A stretch of DNA of 64,000 nt from Antedon mediterranea. Taxonomy: Eukaryota > Animalia > Echinodermata. The translations under genes were made by a program, and so were the position numbers. Shown in pieces: positions 1 to 11,500 of this stretch. The notes below the pieces were generated by a model. That model saw only the letters and a program-made list of their open reading frames with translations. It was not told where the DNA came from and did no database searches. Each line of letters begins with the position of its first letter. The first letter of the stretch is position 1. The stretch lies in the NCBI RefSeq assembly GCF_964355755.1, contig NC_092680.1, positions 20,841,045-20,905,044 on the forward strand, given 5' to 3'.

Positions 1-147
1 GCAGCTATCAAATATAGACGATTAAAGTTAACCAAACCGACAAAAATTGCATTATGGAAATATACTCCATTGTAATATTTATATCGTATCTTGAATATTG
101 AATTATTTGCATCATTATTCATGTACTACACTCTGCATACTTTTTAC

Positions 148-2793
148 CTGAATTATTGACTTCCATTGGAGGAAGCCTAAATTTGTAGCAAACGCCGAAA
201 TTGGTTAAAGTCTTCTCAAAATGTTGCGGACCACATTTTTTCATATTAAACCTGCACCTAGTATAGAAATATTGGTTGATAATATTACCTGTATTACATA
301 AAGATATCGCAGTAGTAAAGGAGTATTCACAAAATCTCAAAACATATTAATAAATTCGATTCGTCGACCTATAATTGCAACTTTTCTAAGAAAGGAATAT
401 TGTAGCAGACAAGTAAAGTATTCTTACTTACGACACAATCATATCGGTTTTGTCATGCCCATTCAAAGTGACAAGTTCTCTCATATCTCTTTTCCATAAA
501 TTGAAGATGTCACTTTTCTGGTTCGTGACGTCGTCGTCATCGTGAAGGTTTGTTAATCCTTTATCAGGAAACAATTCCCGAATGAACCTTAACCCTTTCG
601 TAAAAAAGTCGGCCGTACCATTAAATACAGGAACAATTTTATCTAACCTGTAAATGAATAGTGTTATTAATTTACTTTCGTGTTTTTTTGCACCGCCTAT
701 ATACGATTTTTCCTCTAAGAACTAGAAGAAGTGGTTACGATACGATAGTATGTATTGTAATTTTTACAACTAGTACAAATGAAAATTGGTTCTTGATATG
801 TACTGTACATGCAAGTTATTATATACTGTTTGATGTCTGATTTAAAAAATGTAAATTAAGGGAATAACTTGCAACTTACTGGGCTGAATTGCGCACAGGT
901 GTGGACAACACATATACTCATTCGTAAATAGGCATATTATGTAATTCAGCTAATTTTTATGTTATTAAATAGATTGAAATTAAATATCAAAAACTTCAAA
1001 GAAGAGGAACATAGAAGATGTGTTAATGTTAATAACGATACTACTACTAAGGTACCTAGGCCTACTAATGTTTAACATTTTTAGAGTACAAATAGGCCTA
1101 TAATACGTATATGAGAGCATTGCATGATAAATACAATACGATGTGTGCTTATTTTATGACAAAGATTCATTTTTCAATTAGAAAATCGTTAGTGGAAGCA
1201 GGGAAAAGTTAAATCAAAATTAAATAAATAATTTAACTCTTCTCTGGTGGAAGTTTTGATTGGTATTTTGAACTGCTGGCGATTTCCATCCCAGTTCATA
1301 TTGTGTATTGTTGAATGTGTTTTTACCAGAATATATTTTGAGCATTAAGCACTTCTCTAGGCAAAAAGGGTATTAGACAATTTCATAACTCAAATCTGGC
1401 CTTGTGACGTGTTAGTGCTGCATGCAGATGCTACCTTTTGCCGGCATAACAAATTATCATAATGTGAACTAATTGTTTAGACAATATTTATTACTATTAT
1501 TATTTTACAAGATATGCCTTAGTAGTGTAGCCTGTATACTTACTTAAACATATTGCTGTTGCATATGGTAACCACAGGAAAAGGCATAGGAATAATAGTA
1601 TTATGACTAACTTCAGTGTATGTCGAATATGTCGTATATTCAATAATTGATTCCTTTATCTCACGTCCTAGGAAATACAGTGATACAATCAAAATCACCA
1701 ACCAAAATATCCTAATAAATCAAGATAAAATTATTGAAATATCTAAAAAAAAAAATAAATTGATGATTTAATATTATTATATAACACAGTTTCAATATGT
1801 TTTGTTTTAACGTTCGATACTATTTCAAAATTGATACTGATTTATCTGGGAAACTTAATGTGAAATATTTAAACATTAATTTGCATACATAGGCCTTCTT
1901 TCTAACAAAATTGAAATAAACAATATGCAACATTATCTTTTTTCATTTAATTTTTAATTAAGCTGTTCATTTACTCAGCTTAGTTTATTTATTTATACTG
2001 TTTGATTTTTATATTTCATTTTTCTTGTAATAGGGTACACCTTTATCAAGGTCATTTCAAGTTCATGTGTTTCCTTTTAATCTCTTTATTTTACTGATTG
2101 TTTTAAATAATAATACATGTTTATGGTAGTTGGCGTTATGGCCGCACCGTCCCAGAATAAATATGTTTTAAACAGACACTTTGTATCCGTTCTTGAAGGG
2201 GGCTGGTTAATGGGGACTGATGAGATCAAATATAAAACATTGTAAAGATGACCATATGTCTTTTTAAATTTTGTTATATATAATTTAAAATCAAAGTGCT
2301 ATTTTTCGGGCTGGAACCTATAATGTTATCGATGATGAATAGAAGTATTTGATTTGATTTGAACGTAGACACATATTATCTCTTTATCTCTTCCATTTTA
2401 ACGTCGTTTGCCTTTCCTTCTTATTCTAGATGAACTGTTACCCTACTTGCTAATACTTTACGTCCTACCTTCTAGGCCAATTATTAGCCTACTTGCTAAT
2501 ACGTTACGTCCTACCTTCTAGGCCAATTATTACCCTACTTGCTAATACTTTACGTCCTACCTTCTAGGCCAATTATTAGCCTGTGTCAGGTTCCTAACTC
2601 CATGAAGAGTTGTTTCCTGTCCAAACTTTTCTAATCGCATCTGCAGTTTTTCGGGTTTTGTTCTTTTTTTCTCAATCGAATCAAAGAACATTTTCCTTCG
2701 CAAAAATCCATATCCGCCAGATTTTCTCTGGAAAGGATAATTCTTCGTATGAGTTTCTGGAATCATTTCAGTCATCTTGTTTGCCTGAACCAT
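148..2793 (-). CDS. DEG/ENaC (ASIC/amiloride-sensitive sodium channel family) gene, 5' part; continues beyond window start
   Basis: Exons 2561-2793, 1544-1711, 432-647 and 148-257 have GT-AG boundaries and consistent phases (2,2,2,1). The translation contains the family motifs FGQETTLHG (pre-TM1 HG), TM1 IFWLVILIVSLYFLG, FPVVTICN, GHDKTDMIVSCRF and FGVCYKF. Confidence 0.93.
2175..2322. repeat. Interspersed repeat; inverted copy at ~4400-4520
   Basis: ggctggttaatggggactgatgagatcaaatataaaacattgtaaagatgacca...gtgctatttttcgggctggaaccta matches the reverse complement of 4400-4520. Confidence 0.75.
2442..2582. repeat. 46-bp tandem repeat x3 overlapping the exon 1 splice donor of the channel gene
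   Basis: The unit cctacttgctaatactttacgtcctaccttctaggccaattattag occurs three times. Confidence 0.9.
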
Positions 2794-3400
2794 ACATTGA
2801 GCACACTTATATCATGTTAAATGTATTCATCTTCTAATTACAAACATTTTCGAATTCCACTCTCATCAGTGCGATACTAAATTATAATGCTTTTCATATA
2901 CCTACATAAAAGTAATACTACTCAACAAGTCGGCTGTTTTCATTACCATTCCGTTCTTATCTTGGTATATTGATTCCGATTGATGTGTAAATGAAATCAG
3001 ACGATACGATTGACCTTAGGCAGACGAAAAGGTTCGGACAATTGCGCACACTAATCTATAAGACGACAAGTGGGCGTACTTCGATCGCTCAGTATTCATC
3101 AATTTCTTAACTCAATCTCCGATATTTTCCAGAGTGTATTCTTCAGTGAAATTCCCAATTGCAATTATCTCTAGCTTTTGTGTACTGTATATCGATAACT
3201 GATGAATAAAGTAAGTAAGTATATTCTATAGACACTTCGTAGAACATGCAATCAGCGCAATTCAAGGATACCACATCACTGAATGAATGCGGGTCTTTTG
3301 TATTGTTTTACCCGGCCGATGCCGGTGTAGATCTTACTGATTGTTTTCCTAATCACGTCACTATGAATCCTGGCTGTGGATCGGTACAAAGTTCTCGCGC

Positions 3401-4190
3401 ATCTATATTATAAGTGAGAGAGTTTGTACGTCTGTCTGTTTGTTTGTTATACAAATTGTTGTTACTGCACATAACCTTACATATTGGGCATCAAAATGAC
3501 CACAATTGTACCGGGAAGGTTCTAAACTATATTTCAACATCATCCACCATCTTGGATCCAAGTTTGGTGGGAGAGGGCGTGGGAAGATAGGGTGTGGCAG
3601 TTGGGGTTATGGGGATAGTGAGGATTTTGCTTAGGCTACGAGTAGTTGTAGTATCAAATTGACCAGAATGTTGTGGTAAGTATTTTAATTAGCCAGGGGA
3701 ACGGGGTGGGGATGACCGAAACTACATCTGAAAACGGCCACTGAGGGATTATGGGTTGGGAGTGATGGCTAACATAATTTGTACTGGAAACGTCTTAAAC
3801 ACATCACCCAGTATCTGGGGTGTGTTGGGAGGGAGGAAGAGGAGCGGAAATACTGGCGTAATGAAGTATAACATGATTAGAATTGTACTAGGAAAAGTTA
3901 ATACATTTGAACTGTCCATGGGAGGAGTTATGTTTGCTTATCTCAGCCCCCATTAACCCCATACAAGAACCAACGTTATACAGTATTACCTACATTTGAT
4001 TACAATACAATATCTTGCATGAAACGGATACCAATGTAGCAACAAATACATTCGGTGATGTGGTACGGTAGAATAATAACCTTCTAATGTCAAAGATTAA
4101 CCGAAATAACAGTGTGTTAACCGTGAATACCATCTTCCCCACTACACCTGCACAAGCTTATTTGCATAACAACGCACGGCATACCAAACT
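3401..4190 (+). mobile_element. Possible Helitron/HINE-like non-autonomous element
   Basis: Starts atctatattata, followed by a (gtct/gttt)n microsatellite typical of Helentron-associated elements. The interior is G-rich and unlike the flanks. The 3' end is uncertain. Confidence 0.35.
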
Positions 4191-4529
4191 ACGGAGAGAT
4201 ATAAATTATCTTCTAAACACGTAACGAATATATTTTTTTTACATTTCATTTTTCAGTACTCTTGGGTGGGCTTCTTTTCAAGTTCTTTTCTTTAATTTCT
4301 AATTGAAATGATATCTATAATTTGAAACAAAATGTATAAAAGTCTTTAAGTACCTCCACCATGCTTGGGGCTGAGCAAAGACAATTTTGAAAACTAGAGC
4401 TGATAGGTTCCCGCCCGATAAATAGCACTGTACATGATTTGAAGACACATGGTCATCTTTACAACGTCTATATTTGATCTCACCAGTCCCCATTAACCAG
4501 CCCCATTCAAAAACTAAACACGTAATGAA

Positions 4530-5085
4530 TAGATTTAATTTTTTTTACATTACAATTGAGGGCGCTAAACATAACATTTACGAGGTCAAATGATGGTGAA
4601 AGCCAAAAAAAAAAATAATAGATATTAAATTTGCTCTCCCTGTCTCAGCACTAAGGCCCTGCCACAAGTGGGGCGTATAATTCTGTGAACAGAGTAGCTC
4701 GCATAGCTTTAACTCTATTCCACTGACCAGCGTGTGAATCGAACGCACGACATTCGTGTATTAACACGGTCATCTTGATTTTAACAAGGTTAATATGCCT
4801 ATTTATGAAATAATTGTGTATAATAAAGTACGTATAGACTATTTCCAGCTGTTCAGTCATGTAATTTGTGGCGTGACGGGTAATGCTCTGTTTTAAGTAG
4901 ACCTCACGTTAGCGCTAAACTTGGGTTCAAATCTCCACGGATTTTTTTTTTTTGTAAAATTTAAAATAACTTTCGTTTTTCTTTTATTTTGAAAGTGAGT
5001 TATTTAGGTTCGAAAAAATAAAACAAAATCAGAAAACAGGGTCTGCTTGTGACTAAATAATAATTGTCGATGTTCATATTTTCCG
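4530..5085 (-). mobile_element. Interspersed repeat with two divergent tRNA-like cassettes (copy 1)
   Basis: The reverse complement aligns to 54310-54735 and 60340-60560. B-box-like motifs occur on both strands (gggttcaaatctc ~4923-4935; gttcgattc on the minus strand ~4736-4744). Confidence 0.7.
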
Positions 5086-5578
5086 GAAACTTCTCTAGAA
5101 TGTATAATAATATTAGTTATGTAATTGTATAGCTCAGGACGGTTGAAACAGTGCTTCAAATAAAAACTGTATTGGAATATTATATGAAACTATTTATCGT
5201 TATTACAATAGTAGTATATCAATACAATAAACCTACCGTTACTATATTGAATTCAATAATGCTTTAATATAGTAGACATGAAGTTTAATAGTATATTATT
5301 ATACTGTAGGCTACATACTCACCTATGAGTAATAGAACGAGAGTATGTATGATTGGCCCTTTTATTGTTTCTATTGATATTTAAACGAGCGTTCATTCCA
5401 TCTTTTCAAATACAATAGGGTTGTATACACCCAAGTTATTTTAGCCCATTGACACTCATTGGAGCATGACGTTTTTGTTGTTTGTACGTGGTACTATTAG
5501 GTCTATTCTCTCTCTGAAGGCGTAGATATAACTGAAATATTCACTCATTTTAGGCATACAAGTACTATTTCATCCATA

Positions 5579-8500
5579 ATGGGATATTGTAGATTAATTG
5601 GAAATACAGCAGTTTTACTACAAATTATATGTTACACAATAAATGCACAGAATTCAGGTAGGGGTTTGGACATTATTATCAGTAGGCCTACTACTATTTT
5701 TTAAGATCGCGAAGAGCAGATGTGGTATGTAATTTAAGTGCTATTACGCATTGTGACTGGATCTAGTTTGTGACTGAATATTTATCGCGGAATATCCAAA
5801 GAAATTTCCATATACATCTACTATTCATTGGTTATTTTCTATTACTGAATACTTCGATATACTACATTTATTATTCTTGTTTCTGTTACAATTTCAATTT
5901 AATGGAATCACTTGAGTAACAGTGGCACACATTAGACAATACCTAACGGTGCATCCAAAGCAAAATTAAAAAGAAAAAAGAAAAGAAATCGTCATGCAAA
6001 TTAATATTCCTAACATACCGATCTGATTGATACAGTATACAATATTCAAAGTTGGTATCTTGTGAGGGAAGGAATAATTTGGTCGAACCTTAAACTTTAT
6101 CCTAGTTTAATAATGTGTATAGTTAAAGTTTTGTATTTACAGAAACTATACTTTTAGTTTGAAAATTAAAGAAAATTAACTATACAAAATGCTCGGTACT
6201 GTTCACAGAGCCTTCAGTATGCGCAATATTCTAAAAAAACGTACTTTGTAGTGTTTCGAAATTGGATTTCTTGATAAATTAAAATAAACACTTTAAAATG
6301 AACATACTGTAAAATATACATTGCGAAAATATAAAGGTGTACTGTACTGTAGGTATAATCATGATGGCGCCTTGTCAATGACACACTGTAAGAATAATAT
6401 TGTAGATTACAGTATAGTTGTGTTGAGACACAAACACAACACTTCAATCTGTCTATTCATTTTATTTCAACAATTTCTATATAATTTGACAGCATTTTAA
6501 TAAAATGTTGATGAGCTGTGTTGTACTGTCTAGTACGGTATTGTTTTGACAGTGATCACTCCTATTGTTGTATCAAAATCTATAATATTGATTGCACAAA
6601 GATGGTTATGTTTCGGAAATGTAATCAAATAAAGCTTTATGCATTTGACAACACATTAGAGAATTGGTACTATACAAACACCTGTAATGTAAAGAAAAAA
6701 CAACCTTACCGTAATGGAGATAGTATTAAATAAATTATGTAAAAATAGCTATAACTACTGTTTTAAATATTCGAGGTTACACTTAAATCGAGTGGCTATT
6801 CTCAGAGTTTAGATTTTAAAAAATGATTTACAGTTTCCAACTATAAATAATATTTTCAATATTTCTTTAGTGTAGGCATTCGATTTTTGGTTGCTTTGTG
6901 TGAGTTTAACTAGGAGAAGAAGTACTACAGTACTGTACATTGCCAATGTTAACACAGCAGTAGTATCACTCTTCTAGTATATGTTTTTCATGAATTTACT
7001 GTATCTCTTAAATGATTCTCTATCACATTCCTATGGTGCAATAAAACAAAAGATTATTGAAGTTAAAGTATTTCTGAATATTGTCAAAATATTGCTTCCT
7101 TAGTTATCAAAGGTATAGTCATATGCAAAGGTATTTTGTAACAATCGGCTTGATGAACCGTAAAATATTTCTTATAATGATAATAAATAATCCTGTACAT
7201 GAACTGAAGCGTGAGTATCTAATCAGAACTAGAATTCTATATTCGCCATTTTCAACTCAACAATGTACGTTACTGTAACTGAATATCAAACCTGAAATAG
7301 TGGTTGATAGAATATCACAGTATGCCTACACAATTACAGTAATACAATTCACCAATACTGTCGTTTGAAAGCAAAGTATTGCTATTTATTGAGCTATGTT
7401 ATCCTACTTATTTTATGTTCAACAAAGAAAAAAAAACAATTCTTTCGAACCGTTATGTTATTACCAGAATTCTATAGTTAAGGCAGTCACACTAAAGATT
7501 TCTAACATAACATTTACTATTGATACTACATCTACTACTGTATATAGTTTTTTATATATATATTAATAGTAACACTTGACTTTTTAAAAACCAAACACTT
7601 ATTAGTACAGCAGGCTACATATACGAATTGTATAGTTCTGTAATACATACGATATTACACTATAGTATAGTATACCTGTACTGTACATAATAATAGTGAC
7701 AGCTTTACGCATTTTATAGTGCTAAAAATCGATAATTCATAACTCAATAACGCATTTTAATTTGCCAATATCCGTTTGTATTTATAATAATCCGTTCTAA
7801 TAGGATATATCCAATGGTCTACAATTGTTTACTGATTACTGAACTTAAGCATTCTTCCTTCTGCGATTACAAATTTTGATTATTTTTTAACTTGTTTGAA
7901 TTCCAAGTAAGGAAAGTAAGTCCAAATCCGTACTGTAAATTCTATTAGCTTATCAATAATCGCACTAAATCCTGATTTTCATAGACTAGAATACTAGCTA
8001 TAAGTTTAACAAGTTTAACAAGTATTCTATATATACTGTAGGCCCTAATATAAAATATCAAATATTTTTACTAATTATTTTCCTTGTAGTTTTTCACAAT
8101 GCATAATTAATAGAACAAAGAAAATATTGTGCTGGTCATCAAATGTTAATATGATTTTCTAAAAGTGATAAGGGAAGCTCTGTCTACACTATTAAACTAG
8201 TTTGACAAAACAATTTGATGTGTCGAATGATGGTAGTGATATGCACAGATATGCTAGTGATATGACATCCTCATGTCCATATATAGGGACATCACATTTT
8301 TTTGTCACATAAAGTTTGAGCTTTAGAAATAGCACGTTCTGTGTCGGTGTCAGATTTTTGGATAGTCCGTTTTTAAAATTTAGTCTGTTCTCGCCCGTAA
8401 CTTGTCATGTTTTGTATTTTCAGGTGACGTGCGGTTACAAGGGGGATCTAACATATTCGAAGGAAGAATTGAAATTTATGACACCACTGAGTGGAAAACA

Positions 8501-11500
8501 GTATGTTTAGATAATTTCAATATTGTCGACGCTGATGTGGTATGTCAACAGTTATTTAAACGTAAGTACACATTATCTTGATAAATCAATACGTTTGAAT
8601 AGTGCAATTTTTACTATTCACTGGCAGGTAGGAAATATTAATGCTGATATCTTTATTTATGTTCATTAAAGTGTTCTTTTAAAATTGACAATACACACAA
8701 TATATTATGTAATTATACTTAATTGTGTCCTCACTCCTGAAGACAATCAAAGCATATTGATCGAAACGTCGAGAAACTCAACAGGTTTTTTTTCATAACT
8801 AATACACATACCGCAAACTTTATATCAACATTTTATTTCGCCATGCAAACCTTCAAAACCTTCAAACAATATATACTTAATTATTTACAGAAAGTGCAAT
8901 ATCAGTAGTAGATGGGTCACAGTTTGGGGCTGGGACCAGTGATGATTCACTAACTGGAGTAGCATGTTCAGACACTGATACAACGTTACTAGATTGTTCT
9001 AATTCTGGGTATTCAAATGCATGTAGTAACCATGCAGGTGCCAACTGCCAAGGTAAGTTATTTGTAATATTTTAAATAAATGTTTATAATTCAATTCAAC
9101 TTTGATTTCAAACAAACAGTCAATATGATACAGAACATATACATTAATAAAACAAAAGGAAAGGTATTTTATTCTGTAACAAACATCACCAAATGATGAA
9201 GGAGGGTGAACCAAGAATTATCCCTTTATTTGTAATAGTTTCTGGAATCCATCAATATATTTCATATACAATATATTATACAATATATATATATATACAT
9301 ACAATAATATGTACAATGTGTATATGTATACAATTGTTTTGCTTGTCATTCTTCGTTCGAGAAAACCAAATATTCATAAAGGCGGAGAAAACATGGTATT
9401 TATTTATTATTTCTTATGACTCTAGACCGACTGATCTAACAAATTAGATGAATATATATTGTGTAATAAAGTTTGGAACTTTGTTTTTTTGTTGTTTAGT
9501 TTTTGGGTACTTTGGCTGCTATAGCAATGCAGTGGTGATGCCATTACAGGGACCATTACTTACTGGCAAGGTAGACTTGACAATATCTAGTTGTATCGAA
9601 TCTTGTCGAACTCGTGGTTACGTGTATGCTGGACCAATAAATGGGGACAGATGCTCGTGTGGAAACACAATTGAAACACCCCATGTCGAGGAAAATTTAG
9701 TTTCAGAAATATTTTGCAATGTAGCTTGTTCAGGCGACAGTACACAGATCTGTGGTGGAGACGTTTACACTAGTATTTATACATGTAAGTCCTACTTTTC
9801 TACAATTTACATTAATTTTGTTATTTTTATGTTTTATACTGTACATTATAATTATAGATTGAAAACATGTATGGATATGTACTTCTACTGTTTACAAAAC
9901 CAGTTAACAATTTTAATTATCAAGTAACAATTCAAATCTTTCCCAATTGCAGCTTCAATCGGACAATTTGATGGTACATACACCCAACCGGAAGGCTTTG
10001 TATATTCTCCAAACTTTCCAAGTTCCTATTTAGGAGAATCAACTTCATGGATGCTAACTTTTGAAAATCCAACAATCACTACGGTAACAATTTGGATGTT
10101 TGACGTATCAGAGAATGCTACCTTGGTTCTTACGTCTGGTACTGGAACCCGACAGTCGTATTCAGGCTCAGAATCACTAATTCTTCCACACGTCTGGACT
10201 ACAGACCTGACGTCATCACTTGAAATCAGAATTGGAAGTACTACAACGCCAGAAATTAGTAACGGATTCGTTATTACATATGAAGGTTAGTTGTTTGACA
10301 GTTAAGATTATATTAGAAGATGTAAAATATTGATGACATTTTATTTAGTTAAATTAAATGTTTCCTGTCGAAGACAAGGGTCAATTTCTTCTTGGTAAAA
10401 CGAAGAGTGTTATTCCATTCTTTGCTGGTCAAAGACTGTTTTTCAGCGACAGATTTTCTTTTATTTTTACAATGTTTCTAATATCAACTGAAATTCTTCC
10501 CATCCATTTTCCAAAAATGTAATAAATGTGGATGGTCGATAACATTTATTTATAAAAAACAATTTGTATCGTGTTTATGCAAAAATACAAAACAGTACGA
10601 TAATAAGAGTGGAGTTGTGGCTTGGTGGTTGTGATGCTTGGCTACCACTACAAAGGTTTTGGGTTCAAGTCCCGTCACATGTCAGAATTTTTTCTAAGGA
10701 CAAAATTACAACTCCACTCACAAAGACTTGTAATAAGATTTTGTTTATGTAGAGCATCTTGTGTATATTTTTGTCTTGTGAACCTTTGAGGGTCCCTAAT
10801 GATCAGCAATTGCTGGATGGATCACCCTCAATAAATATGGTATAAAAAAAATGGCTGAGAATACTATTTATATTGTTGTCCTGTATAATCTAGCTGTCAC
10901 TGGAAGCTGTGGTGGTGATTTTGGAGGTACCTTGGGTTACATTGCATCTCCTGATTACCCTGAAGACGTACCTTCTTCGAGCGCGACCTGCACATATACC
11001 ATTACAGCTCCGGACAATTACATCATCATAGTGGAACTGTTACAAAGATCACTGCCTAGTGGAAGTTCATTGGTACTGGTTGATGATGGTGTGATTAATA
11101 GTGTAACAACTATTGGAACGTTTGCTCCATCAACTACCAATATGGTTTCTGTTACTTTCGTTCCTAGTGCCTTATCGCCGTCTTCATTTCTTATTAAATA
11201 CACAGGTTAGTTAAACTATTTACTCTTCATATAGTAAACGCAGTTAGTCTATAAAGTTAATAAGTTGCCATAATAGTATCTTTCCTTTTGCATTGGTAAC
11301 AAAGGACATGAGCCACGGGAATTAAAATAGTATTACTGTATAAACACGGAGTTATTTCACTTTTCATAGATTACACCATGTTATGGTGTAATGGTATAAC
11401 CAGTTCTAATGTGCTATACTGTTATCCAGTCATATTATTATAAATGAATGCTACCACTTTAAGGAATGGCTGTAAAATAATGTCACATGTTCCTATAAAA

